Shown: positions 8,020 to 16,944 of the stretch, piece after piece
How positions within the stretch are numbered: the stretch's first letter is position 1
Layout of the letters: every line of letters starts with the position of its first letter
Assembly (NCBI GenBank): GCA_902834555.1
Contig: CADFJN010000012.1
Coordinates: 1,602 to 65,601 of the forward strand
Reading direction: 5' to 3'
Origin: Atopobiaceae bacterium
GTDB lineage: Bacteria; Actinomycetota; Coriobacteriia; Coriobacteriales; Atopobiaceae
Length of the DNA: 64,000 nucleotides
Notes under the pieces: model-generated
What the model was told of the DNA's origin: nothing
The model's database searches: none
The model's input: the letters and a program-made list of their open reading frames with translations, nothing else
Translations under genes and position numbers: made by a program

Positions 8020-8895
8020 ATGGCATCTGACCACGGCAAAAAGCACCGAGCCGGTCACGTGGCAAAGACCGTCCTTGCCGTTATCGGCGGAATCACCGTT
8101 GTGGTGGCGGTACTCTTTGTTGCACTGGTGTATGAGCTGAACTACGCCGTCCGCACCGTGGACACGTCAACCTCCCCGGACGGCAGGTTCACGCTTGAGC
8201 TGCAGGCCGTTGGCGAGCCCTTGTTCTTCTCGCCGGCGGATGCGCGCCTTGTCCTCAGGCTGGGCCGCTACGAAGTCTCACACGTGGACACGAGCATCGC
8301 GGACGACGGCGGACAGGTGCGCCCCACTAGCTGGCAGGTGAGCTGGGGGGACACGGGCGCCGAGGTGCGCCTTAGGGGATCCGAGCAGGGCGACGAACTT
8401 GTGACCATGGGCTTTGACGGAAGCGTCTCGAGGGGTCGGGCAGCCGCGGACGAGAGCCTGGGCGATCTGCCAGACACGGAGGCAAACACGCCTGCCACGC
8501 CAACCGATGACGGCATCACATCCTCCGAGGTCGCGCGACAGGAGGCCGAGGAGATAGACGCGGGCTACAAAGCCGTCTACGACGCGGCGCTCAAGTCGCA
8601 AGGCTACGGCTACCAGGTGACGTACAACGCCAAGGGTGACGAGCAGGTCATTCTCTCCCAGGACAGCGAGAAGGTCGTGCTTCTCATCTACGATCGCGAG
8701 TCCGCTAATGGCGCGTGTGCGCTCTTTGCGCTGGAGAGCTGCCCCGTGGAGGGTTATGGCAGCTGGTCGATTGAAGAGTCCACGCTGCTCGACGAGTACG
8801 CCTACGTGTACGAGACTGGCGAGGTCATCGCATCTGGAAAGACCTCGTGGTCCGATGCCGGCACGCAGGAGTTCCGCGAAGCGACGGGAGAGTAG
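8020..8895 (+). CDS. Hypothetical membrane-anchored protein (N-terminal TM, two extracytoplasmic domains)
   Basis: RBS GAGGGAGGG precedes ATG 8020. MASDHGKKHRAGHVAKTVLAVIGGITVVVAVLFVALV is a TM anchor. I recognise no family. Confidence 0.6.
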   Translation: MASDHGKKHRAGHVAKTVLAVIGGITVVVAVLFVALVYELNYAVRTVDTSTSPDGRFTLELQAVGEPLFFSPADARLVLRLGRYEVSHVDTSIADDGGQVRPTSWQVSWGDTGAEVRLRGSEQGDELVTMGFDGSVSRGRAAADESLGDLPDTEANTPATPTDDGITSSEVARQEAEEIDAGYKAVYDAALKSQGYGYQVTYNAKGDEQVILSQDSEKVVLLIYDRESANGACALFALESCPVEGYGSWSIEESTLLDEYAYVYETGEVIASGKTSWSDAGTQEFREATGE

Positions 8896-8937
8896 CGGAT
8901 AAAAGCTTGACCCATCCGGCACTTCCCTGTACCCTCA

Positions 8938-8964
8938 AATTGAAATTGATGTTCAATTTCAATT
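8938..8964. promoter_or_regulatory. Putative Zur/Fur box: perfect 12-3-12 palindrome AATTGAAATTGA-TGT-TCAATTTCAATT
   Basis: Perfect inverted repeat in an AT-rich patch about 60 nt upstream of the Fur-family gene start (9026). It resembles actinobacterial Zur boxes built around TGAAA...TTTCA. Confidence 0.5.
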
Positions 8965-9025
8965 CATGCTGCAAGATACTAGCCTGCCGCCGCAGCTCAG
9001 CAGCACCTCGGAATGGGAGACACAC

Positions 9026-9451
9026 ATGGCCACCAGGGGTTCCTACAACACGCGCCAGCGCCAGGCAGTCCTCGACTACCTTGCCACACACACTGACCGC
9101 TACACGAGCGTCGACGGCGTCTTCGAAGCCCTAAAGTCTCAGGGGGTCGAGATTGGCCGCTCGACCATCTACCGCACCCTCGAGGCGCTCGCAGGTGAGG
9201 GTATGGCATCAAAGGTTGTTGCCCCTCGCGGTGAGGTCGCCCTCTATCGCCTGGTAAACAAGGGCGAGGAGGACGCGGGTCAGCTGGTGTGCGTGGAGTG
9301 CGGGCGCGTTTCGACCATAGACTGCGACGCCTTCCAGGAGTTCTCCCACCACGTGCGCACGGTCCACGGCTTTGCTATCGACCTCTCCCGGACCGTGCTG
9401 TACGGTCGCTGCCCCATCTGTGCCAAAGAGCACGTCGCCGCTCATGCGTAA
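9026..9451 (+). CDS. zur: Fur-family metalloregulator, probably Zur
   Basis: MATRGSYNTRQRQAVLDYL...GRSTIYRTLEALAGEG (wHTH), CVECG...CPICAKE (two CxxC). It lies directly upstream of a ZnuABC-like operon. RBS GGGAGA precedes ATG 9026. Confidence 0.7.
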   Translation: MATRGSYNTRQRQAVLDYLATHTDRYTSVDGVFEALKSQGVEIGRSTIYRTLEALAGEGMASKVVAPRGEVALYRLVNKGEEDAGQLVCVECGRVSTIDCDAFQEFSHHVRTVHGFAIDLSRTVLYGRCPICAKEHVAAHA

Positions 9452-9770
9452 TGCCATGCGCCACACGGTCCGCCGAACAGCCGCCCTCCGGGTGGCCACG
9501 CTTGCGCTTGCGGCCCTTCTCGCCGCAGGCACCTTCCTCTCGTCGGTTGCGCTGGGCAAGGAGGTCCACCACCAGTGCACGGGGGACGACTGTCCCGTCT
9601 GCCGGCTCATGGTTGGCGCGGCGAAGGTCGTTGGCCGCAGCTCGACACCCGTGCCGCCCGCGCCTCGCATCCCCTCAGCGCGCCTTGCCGCCACGCGGAT
9701 CACGCCCCTTACTGGAGCTGTCCTTGTCGCATCCTCCCCCGTCTCCCTGGGGGTCCGTCTCGACATCTGA
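9444..9770 (+). CDS. Small membrane-anchored His/Cys-rich protein (HHQCTGDDCPVC motif)
   Basis: Its ATG overlaps the zur stop (ctcATGcgTAA). MRNAMRHTVRRTAALRVATLALAALLAAGTFL is a signal/anchor, followed by KEVHHQCTGDDCPVCRLM, a Pro-rich stretch and a hydrophobic C-terminus. GC3 bias is strong in this frame. Confidence 0.55.
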   Translation: MRNAMRHTVRRTAALRVATLALAALLAAGTFLSSVALGKEVHHQCTGDDCPVCRLMVGAAKVVGRSSTPVPPAPRIPSARLAATRITPLTGAVLVASSPVSLGVRLDI

Positions 9771-9851
9771 TGGGAGCGGACTGCCTCATATCGCAATCCG
9801 CAGAACACCACAGCGCAGAACACCACAGATAAGAGACCAGGAGACACTTCC

Positions 9852-10841
9852 ATGTACAACCGCATAGCACCGCGCCGCAACCCCATTATGGGGCGGCGTT
9901 CCCTTCTCGGCCTTCTCGCCTTCTCGGTCGGGGCCGCCCTCGCGGGCTGCTCTAACGCCACCGGCAATGGGTCCGACGCATCCGCGCAGGCAGAAGGCTC
10001 AAGCACTGGCTCGTCTACGCTTTCCATCTGCGCGAGCTTCTACCCCATGTACGACTTTGCAAGCAAGGTCGCCGGCGACCGCGCAACCGTCACCTGCCTG
10101 GTGCCCGCCGGGACCGAGCCGCACGACTGGGAGCCCTCGACCACGGACGTTCGCACCATCACCACCTGCGACATGCTCGTCTACAACGGTGCCGGCATGG
10201 AGCACTGGGTCTCTGACGTGGCAAACGGCCTGTCGGGCGAGAAGCCCGTCCTCGTGTGCGCAAGCGACGGCATTGACCTGCGCGAGCTGCCCCAGAGCGA
10301 AGCAGGGGAAAGCGACTCTGGCACCGACCCGCACGTCTGGCTCTCGCCCAGAAACGCCAAGCACGAGCTCCAGGCCATCCGCGACGCGCTGGTGTCGCTC
10401 GACCCCACCGGGCACGATGCCTACGACGCGAACTACGAGCGATGGGCAGCGGAGTTCGAGAGGCTCGACGCGGAGTTCACAGACGGCCTTGCGAGCCTCT
10501 CGAGCAGGAACCTTGTGGTGTCACACGAGGCGTTTGGCTACCTCTGCGATGCCTACGGCCTCACGCAGGTGGCCATTGCGGGCATCGACGCCGAGGGCGA
10601 GCCAAACGCCCAGCAGATGGCCGAGATTGCCCAGTTTGTGCGCGAGAACAACGTGAAGACGATCTTCTCCGAGGAGCTCGTGAGCCCAAAGGTCGCCCAG
10701 GCCATCGCCAGCGAGACCGGCGCCACGGTCGAGGAGCTCAACCCGCTCGAGGGCCTCTCGGACGAGGAGCTTGCCGCAGGCGAGGACTACCTCTCCGTGA
10801 TGCGCAGGAACCTCACGGCCATGAGGGAGGCGCTGGCGTGA
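9852..10841 (+). CDS. Metal (Zn/Mn) ABC transporter substrate-binding lipoprotein (ZnuA/AdcA/TroA family)
   Basis: RBS AGGAGA. Signal peptide with RR and lipobox LAGCSN. Motifs TEPHDWEPS and DPHVWLSP are typical of cluster A-I SBPs. Confidence 0.85.
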   Translation: MYNRIAPRRNPIMGRRSLLGLLAFSVGAALAGCSNATGNGSDASAQAEGSSTGSSTLSICASFYPMYDFASKVAGDRATVTCLVPAGTEPHDWEPSTTDVRTITTCDMLVYNGAGMEHWVSDVANGLSGEKPVLVCASDGIDLRELPQSEAGESDSGTDPHVWLSPRNAKHELQAIRDALVSLDPTGHDAYDANYERWAAEFERLDAEFTDGLASLSSRNLVVSHEAFGYLCDAYGLTQVAIAGIDAEGEPNAQQMAEIAQFVRENNVKTIFSEELVSPKVAQAIASETGATVEELNPLEGLSDEELAAGEDYLSVMRRNLTAMREALA

Positions 10842-11590
10842 CGGCCCTAGGCCCTGGGACTCCAAAGCGGCCTGGGACGCGCGTGGCCCCCATGCGGGCC
10901 ACGCCGCCCGCTCCGCCGGTCGAGCTGCGTGACGTGCGCTTCTCGTACGGTCGCGAAGAAGTGCTTCACGGTGTCGACCTGGTAGTTGGCGCAGGAGAGA
11001 TCTGCTCCGTCGTGGGAGACAACGGTGCCGGCAAGTCGACCATCGCGCGTCTGGCAGTGGGCGAGCTTATGCCCACGGCCGGCACCGTTCGCCTCTTTGG
11101 CGAGAACCCCGCGCGCTTTGGCAGGTGGAGCCTCGTGGGGTACGTACCGCAACTCCCGCCGGAGGCCGTCTCGCGCTTCCCCGCCACGGCGCTCGAGCTT
11201 GTGAGCGCCTTCCAGGGCACAGGCACCTGGGGCATACGGGGCCGGCGGCTCTCGTGCGCCGAGCGCCGCAACCGAAGCCTCGACGCTCTGGGGCAGGTGG
11301 GGATGGACGTCCACGCCTCGAGGATGGTGCGCGAGCTCTCGGGCGGCCAGCTCCAGCGCGTGCGCCTGGCGTGCGCGCTGGTAAACGACCCGGGGCTTCT
11401 CGTCCTGGACGAGCCGACGAACGGCCTTGACCGCGAGAGCCGCGAGACGCTCTGCTCCCTGGTGGCCTCCGCGCACGCCGAGCGCGGGCTGGCGGTGCTT
11501 CTCGTCACGCACGACCAGCGTGTCCTGGGAAGCCTGGGAGGCAGCGTCCTTCTCGTTGAGGATGGCCACATAGTGAGAAAGGAGGCCTAG
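10838..11590 (+). CDS. Metal ABC transporter ATP-binding protein (ZnuC-like)
   Basis: Walker A GDNGAGKST, signature LSGGQLQR, Walker B LLVLDEP. Either GTG 10838 (GTGA overlap with the upstream stop) or ATG 10892 could be the start. Confidence 0.85.
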   Translation: MTALGPGTPKRPGTRVAPMRATPPAPPVELRDVRFSYGREEVLHGVDLVVGAGEICSVVGDNGAGKSTIARLAVGELMPTAGTVRLFGENPARFGRWSLVGYVPQLPPEAVSRFPATALELVSAFQGTGTWGIRGRRLSCAERRNRSLDALGQVGMDVHASRMVRELSGGQLQRVRLACALVNDPGLLVLDEPTNGLDRESRETLCSLVASAHAERGLAVLLVTHDQRVLGSLGGSVLLVEDGHIVRKEA

Positions 11591-11593
11591 CGG

Positions 11594-12391
11594 ATGCTCG
11601 AGTACGCCTTCATGCAGCGCGGCCTTCTCGCGGGGCTGCTCCTTGGCGCCGTGATCCCACTGGTAGGGATGACGGTTGTCCAGCGCAGGCTCTCAATGAT
11701 TGGAGACGCACTGTCTCACGCGTCGCTTGCGGGCGTTGCCGCCGGCCTGGTTGGCGGCGTGAGCCCGGTTGCCGGGGCCATCGTGGCATGCCTCGTGGGG
11801 TCGCTTTGCATCGAGGGCGTGCGAAGGCGGGTGCGCGAGCAGTCCGAGCTTGCCGTGGCCATCATTCTGGCAGCGGGCGTGGGCGCAGCTGGTGTGCTCT
11901 CGGGTTTTGTGCCAAACGCCTCGAGCCTCAACAGCTACATGTTTGGCAGCATTCTCACCATGTCCGACGCCGAGGTCGCGACCATCGTCGTGGTATGCGC
12001 CGTGGCCGTCGTGACCTGCATCGTCTTGCGGAGAAGCCTCTTCCTCATGTCCTTCGACGAGCGGCAGGCGCGTACGGCTGACGTGCCCGTAGGGGCAGTC
12101 AACCTTGCCTTCATGATGGTGGTTGCTCTGGTGGTTGCTGTGGCGTCTCGCACGGTGGGCTCGCTCATCGTTTCCTCAATGATGGTAGTTCCCGTTGCCT
12201 GCGGCTTGGAACTTGCACGCAGCTGGCGGCAGGCGTGCCTGCTTTCGAGCCTTGCCGGTGTGCTGGCCAGCGCGCTTGGCCTTGTCGCCTCCTACTACCT
12301 GGGACTGCGGCCCGGCGGGACCATAGTCCTGGTGGCCATCGCGCTCCTGATGGTGGCGTTTGTCATCAGGCGGCTGGCGAGAGGAGCGTAG
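11594..12391 (+). CDS. Metal ABC transporter permease (ABC-3/ZnuB family)
   Basis: MLEYAFMQRGLLAGLLLGAVIPLVG...RRLSMIGDALSHASLAGVA. Polytopic, typical ABC-3 family. Confidence 0.85.
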   Translation: MLEYAFMQRGLLAGLLLGAVIPLVGMTVVQRRLSMIGDALSHASLAGVAAGLVGGVSPVAGAIVACLVGSLCIEGVRRRVREQSELAVAIILAAGVGAAGVLSGFVPNASSLNSYMFGSILTMSDAEVATIVVVCAVAVVTCIVLRRSLFLMSFDERQARTADVPVGAVNLAFMMVVALVVAVASRTVGSLIVSSMMVVPVACGLELARSWRQACLLSSLAGVLASALGLVASYYLGLRPGGTIVLVAIALLMVAFVIRRLARGA

Positions 12392-12439
12392 GACCTTCGC
12401 CGGCGGCGGTCCATCGCGCGGCGGCCCGCCCCTCCCCGC

Positions 12440-13297
12440 TCACAGGTACTCGAGGAAGCGACGTGCCGCTCGTGGCAGCGCGCCCTCGCGATAGACCACG
12501 CGAATGTCGCGGTACGTGGCCGGCTCGAGCGGCTTGGCCACAATGGCGTAGGGGTTTCTCCGCAGGATGAGTGCCGGTAGGATCGAGAGGCCCAGGCCGC
12601 TCTCGACCATCGACATGATGGCGTAGTCGTCCCATGTGGAGAAGCGCGCGTTGGGCGAGAGGCCCGCGCGCTCGAAGATGGGGGTTATCTCGTCGTCCTG
12701 CCCGCGCTCGAGCACGATGAACGGCTCCTCGCAGAGCGCCGAGACGGGCACGGACGCCTCCCCCGCCAGCCGGTGGCCCACCGGAAGCACCGCCATGAGC
12801 TCGTCTCGCTCAACCACGCGCTCGGCAAGCCCCAAGTAGCGCGGAGCCCGCGGCAGGAAGCCAAAGTCCACGCGACCGGACGCCACCCAGCCGTCGATCT
12901 CGGTGTAGTCGCCCATGAGCAGCTCGTACTCGATGGCGGGATAGTCCTTCTGGAAGCGACCGATGACCTTGGGCAGGATGTGTGTGGCCACAGACGAGAA
13001 GGTCCCTATGCGGATGCTGCCCGCGGAAAGGCCGTTGAGGTCGTCTATCTGCGACTCCAGGCGGCGGTAGTCGTCGCACACGCCCTCCACGAAGGGCAGC
13101 ACCGCGCGCCCCTCGCTGGTGAGCGTCACACCCGCGCGGCTGCGCTCGAGAAGCGTCATGCCCCAGTCGCGCTCGAGGTCGGCGATCATGCGGCTCACGC
13201 CGGACTGCGTGTACGAGAGCGAGCGCGCGGCCCGCGTGAAGCTCCCCGTGCGCACGGTCTCGACAAATGCCTGGTACTTCTGGATGTTTGCGTCCAT
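12440..13297 (-). CDS. LysR-family transcriptional regulator
   Basis: Internal ATG gives MDANIQKYQAFVETVRTGSFTRAARSLSYTQSGVSRMIADLE (LysR HTH). The gene is divergent from an EamA transporter gene. Confidence 0.85.
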   Translation of the reverse strand: MDANIQKYQAFVETVRTGSFTRAARSLSYTQSGVSRMIADLERDWGMTLLERSRAGVTLTSEGRAVLPFVEGVCDDYRRLESQIDDLNGLSAGSIRIGTFSSVATHILPKVIGRFQKDYPAIEYELLMGDYTEIDGWVASGRVDFGFLPRAPRYLGLAERVVERDELMAVLPVGHRLAGEASVPVSALCEEPFIVLERGQDDEITPIFERAGLSPNARFSTWDDYAIMSMVESGLGLSILPALILRRNPYAIVAKPLEPATYRDIRVVYREGALPRAARRFLEYL

Positions 13298-13451
13298 GGG
13301 GCTCCCTTGCGGCATGCGGCGCGACGACGGACGGCGCCGGTGCCAGTTGCATGATAAATCATCATGCAACTCATGATAAACATTCGCTTTTATCAGCATA
13401 CACATTCTGCGAAAGTGTTTGAGGAAATTGAGGGGCCATGGGAGGTCATGC

Positions 13452-14375
13452 ATGTCGCGCGCGTCGAGGAAGTACCTGCTGTCACTGCTCGTCTTTGGCT
13501 CGAACGGCATCATTGCTAGCCAGATCTCGCTTCCCAGCTGGCAGATCGTCCTGCTCCGCACCCTGCTTGGCGGCACGCTGCTTGCCCTCATCGTGCTGGG
13601 CGCCCGCAAGCGTCCTGCGTTTCTCGACCACCCGCGCGACGCCGCCTACCTTGCCGCATCCGGCGCGGCGCTAGGCGTGGGCTGGATCTTCCTCTTTGAG
13701 GCCTACAGGCTCATTGGCGTGGGCATTGCGTCTCTTGCCTACTACTGCGGGCCGGTCATTGTGATGGCGCTCTCGCCCGTCCTCTTCCACGAGCGGCTCA
13801 CCCCCGTCAAGCTGCTGGGCTTTGCTGCCGTGATCTGCGGGGCGTTTCTCGTGGTGGCACAGGGGCAGGGCGTGGCGCTCTCGCCATGGGGGCTTGTGTG
13901 CGGAGGCATGTCTGCCGTCATGTACGCGGTGATGGTCATCTGCAGCAAGCGCGCGTCCAACGCCGTGGCCGGCATCGAGGCCTCTGCAATCCAGCTGGTT
14001 GCGAGCTTTGCCGCCGTCGCCGTGTTTGCGCTTGTCGCCCATGGCTCCGAGCTGGCCGTGCCCCTCTCGGCGAACTGGCCCGCCATTCTCTGCCTGGGCC
14101 TGGTGAACACGGGCCTTGGCTGCTACCTGTACTTCTCCGCTATGGGCCAGCTGCCTGTGCAGCGCGTCTCGGTGTGGGGCTACCTCGAGCCGCTCTCTGC
14201 CGTGATCCTCTCGGCGCTCATTCTTGGCGAGGCACTCACGCCCGCGAACGTTGCCGGTACAGTGCTTATCCTGGGTGGTGCCATCTTCTGCGAGGTCGCC
14301 GGCAAGCGCCGTGGCGCCGAGAAGACCAGCCGTCGCCTTGCAGGGAGCCGCTCGGCTGGCAATCTCGCAGCGTAG
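13452..14375 (+). CDS. EamA/DMT-family transporter
   Basis: GGAGG RBS precedes ATG 13452. Ten hydrophobic segments and two EamA-like halves. Confidence 0.8.
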   Translation: MSRASRKYLLSLLVFGSNGIIASQISLPSWQIVLLRTLLGGTLLALIVLGARKRPAFLDHPRDAAYLAASGAALGVGWIFLFEAYRLIGVGIASLAYYCGPVIVMALSPVLFHERLTPVKLLGFAAVICGAFLVVAQGQGVALSPWGLVCGGMSAVMYAVMVICSKRASNAVAGIEASAIQLVASFAAVAVFALVAHGSELAVPLSANWPAILCLGLVNTGLGCYLYFSAMGQLPVQRVSVWGYLEPLSAVILSALILGEALTPANVAGTVLILGGAIFCEVAGKRRGAEKTSRRLAGSRSAGNLAA

Positions 14376-14432
14376 GGCCTCGCAGCACAGGGCCTCGCAG
14401 CCTAGGACATCGCAGCCTAGGACATCGCAGCC
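14361..14432. repeat. 15-bp tandem repeat x about 5 (..TCGCAGC[ACG][CT]AG)
   Basis: aatctcgcagcgtag ggcctcgcagcacag ggcctcgcagcctag gacatcgcagcctag gacatcgcagcc. It spans the EamA stop codon and abuts the 80-bp TIR element. Confidence 0.8.
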
Positions 14433-14512
14433 AATTATTGAACGATATTTCTGCTCGCATTTTGCTCAACTGCGGAAACGTTCTCCTGGACTGATTTTTC
14501 GTGCGATAATTT
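14433..14512. repeat. AT-rich about 80-bp element with terminal inverted repeats (AATTATTG..CG / CG..CAATAATT), copy 1 of 3 (MITE-like)
   Basis: aattattgaacgatatttctg...ttgctcaactgcggaaac...cgtgcgataatt. It shares termini and the internal CTCAACTG(G/C)GGA core with 53391-53469 and 54794-54872. Confidence 0.7.
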
Positions 14513-14692
14513 GGACGCCCACCACACCGAGGACGCATATAGCGCCAGTGGGGCACGTGGTCGGATTGTCAATCTCCCTACACCTCAAGCTCCGTGAGAT
14601 TCCCAAGAGAACTTGAAAGGCAAGGCAGCTGAAAGCTGAAGTGGCGCATACTAGCTACTTTAAGAGGTACAAATTAGGACGAGGGAATCGCA

Positions 14693-14938
14693 ATGGGGCT
14701 TGAGACAAAAGGGCAGACACATGCCGAGAAGAGCAATACTCCCTCGACTTCCAGCTCGCGCAAGCCTTCGCGCCTCTCCAACCTGATGGCTAACGTTGGC
14801 CACATCGACAGCCGCACCCTTATCTACGTGCTGCTCATCATTGTGGCCTGCGCGTTGGTAATAGTTGCCATATCTGCCATGTCACAGACGTTTCTGGCAC
14901 AGCCCTCCACGGCAAGCTCCTTCGCCAGGCACCACTAG
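14693..14938 (+). CDS. Hypothetical small single-pass membrane protein
   Basis: 81-aa ORF with one clear TM (LIYVLLIIVACALVIVAISAM). It lies in an AT-richer spacer, has a weak RBS, and I recognise no family. Confidence 0.3.
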   Translation: MGLETKGQTHAEKSNTPSTSSSRKPSRLSNLMANVGHIDSRTLIYVLLIIVACALVIVAISAMSQTFLAQPSTASSFARHH

Positions 14939-14976
14939 CCGAGAGGCCCGCAGAGGCCCGCCCAACAGGCGGCGCC

Positions 14977-15342
14977 TTACCCCAGCAGCCCAGAAACCAC
15001 CAGCGCGACAAGAAGCACTGCCACGGCAACTGCGGCAACCGTCACAACCCGTAGCGTATTGCGCCGCGCCTGCTCGCGACGACGCTTTGCGTAGACCTGC
15101 GCCTCTGCATCGCGCGCGTCGACGGCGCTATAGCTGCCCGTCTCATACGCAGGCGCCGAAAAAACACGCCCTGCGGGAGCCGTTGCCGGCGCGACCCGCG
15201 ATGCGGGGGCCTCGTTTGCCACGCGCCTCCGCCCGCCATCGCGATCGGCCGTATTGCCATCGTGTCGCGATGCCGTTGGAGGCACGTGCACAGCTCCAGA
15301 AGCCGAACGCGCGCCCTTTGTTTTCCTGTCAAACAAAGCCAT
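14977..15342 (-). CDS. Small membrane protein paralogous to the N-terminal anchor of the adjacent deacetylase
   Basis: From the internal ATG: MALFDRKTKG...AQVYAKRRREQARRNTLRVVTVAAVAVAVLLVALVV. Compare ARAYAERHRKEQRSRAVRRGIIIAVACVAALVVGIVV in ORF 16492..16944. It ends just after the TM. Confidence 0.45.
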   Translation of the reverse strand: MALFDRKTKGARSASGAVHVPPTASRHDGNTADRDGGRRRVANEAPASRVAPATAPAGRVFSAPAYETGSYSAVDARDAEAQVYAKRRREQARRNTLRVVTVAAVAVAVLLVALVVSGLLG

Positions 15343-15516
15343 CAGAGACCCCCGCCCCCTCGGGGCAGCTGGCCCCAAACGATGCGACGCGCCGAGAAGG
15401 TCGCGCCGCCTGCATTCTGATGATACCGAGCCGCAGCGGCCGAACAAGCCGTCGCCGCGCAAGTTTCGGCACACTGACATGTAGCTTGAAGGCCCCCGGC
15501 ACGCGGGAGCGGTGCG

Positions 15517-16944
15517 CTACCCTACGCCATGCGCTGCCTGATACTCGAAGCTCCCCAGCTCGTAGGTGCCAAACACGCGCATGCGCTTGAGGTGCATGGG
15601 ATCGTCGCCCGGGTGCACCTGCCCGTACTGCGTGGTAAAAGCGAGAAGGAAGCCCGCCTGCTTCACTCCCGCGGGCGCCGCGTCGGAGACGTCGCCAAAC
15701 GGGTAGGCAAAGGCATCGCTCGACTTGAGGATATCCACGGACTGCTTGAGGTCCTCGGAGATCTCGGCAGCGGTAAGGTCGTAGATGCGCCCACCATGGC
15801 CCTTGCCCGAGGTACCCGCGCGGTGCAGGTCGTACGAGTGCGACTGGAAGTCGACGTACGGGCTGGCGTAGTTCGAGAGCTTATCCTGAATGTCGCTGTC
15901 GCTGCAGATGACAAACGAGGTCGCGGGAATCTTGTGGCTCTCGAGCAGCGGGATCGCATAGGTGAGGAAGCCATCGGATCCGTCGTCGAAGGTGAGCACC
16001 ACCGACTTTGCCGGCAGCGAATGGCCACCGTCAATGTACGCGCGCACCTCCGCCCATGACGGGAAGTAGTAGCCGTTCTCGTTGAGCCAAGAGAGCTGCT
16101 GGTCAAGCAGGGTGGTAGAGATGAGGTTCTGATCCTCGGAGGCACCCTCTGGCGGGTTAGCCGCATCGTAGACGTCGTGGTACATGAAGACCGAGATGCC
16201 GTCGTTGTCCCAGCCTCCGTCAACGTCATCCACCACGTGGACGGTGCGCGTGGCCGTGGCCACCATGCCAGCGGAGTCTTCGACGGTATAGGTAACGGTG
16301 TAGTCCCCAAGTGTCGAGGTGTCGACCTCGCCCGTTGCAGTGACCTTGTCCGTAATCATGCCGTCGGTGCGGTCGTGCGCGTAGCAGCCGCCGTCCACGT
16401 AATCCTCGCCGCGCTTGACGTAGGTGTCCGCGCTGCCCCCCAGCGTCATCACGATGCTGCCGTCATTCTCGAGAACAGTGGCCTGCGTGGCCTAGCCCGC
16501 ATCCTGCGAGAAATCCGTTCCCTGCTCGCCCTGCGTAGCGGAAGCATCGCCGCTTCCAGAGCCGCCAAGGGACGGCAGCGCCAGCCCCGCTCCTCCACGG
16601 GCAACCACAATGCCAACGACAAGCGCGGCTACGCAGGCAACGGCGATGATGATTCCACGGCGCACGGCACGGGAGCGCTGCTCCTTGCGGTGACGCTCGG
16701 CGTACGCACGGGCTTGCTCGGCCCTGGCGGGAGGCTGCGTGCGATACCCGTCCCCGGGGCGCAGCACGCGCACGTCACCTGCCGGCTGGCGAAGACGCTG
16801 CCCGCGCTGCTGCACGCGCCTCTGGCCGTCGCTCGCGGAACCGGAGCCGGCGACCTTCTCGACCGGATCCTCTGGCACGTAGCGCGAAACGCGAATGTCG
16901 TCACGCTCGACGCGGCCCCTGTAGTTGTTCTCCCTGTTTGCCAT
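15517..16944 (-). pseudogene. Membrane-anchored polysaccharide deacetylase (Ig-like DUF5011-type domain + NodB/CE4 domain) interrupted by one in-frame TAG
   Basis: ORFs 16492..16944 (cytoplasmic tail + TM) and 15517..16452 (TLGDYTVTYTVEDSAGMVATATRTVHVV Ig-like; VVLTFDDGSDG, HSYDLH NodB motifs) are in the same frame. They are separated only by TAG (comp. 16492-16494) plus 13 sense codons (ATQATVLENDGSIV). Confidence 0.7.

Noticed and set aside
9209-10027. 272-aa minus-strand ORF opposite the zur / small protein / SBP genes
   Set aside because: It is an antisense shadow, since the plus-strand genes have RBSs and family motifs, and its translation is Arg/Ala/Pro-rich.
16492-16494. In-frame TAG as a pyrrolysine codon
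   Set aside because: There are no pylTSBCD genes or PYLIS-like context in the window, and polysaccharide deacetylases are not known Pyl proteins. A nonsense mutation or sequencing error is more parsimonious. It remains listed as a finding so the base call can be verified.
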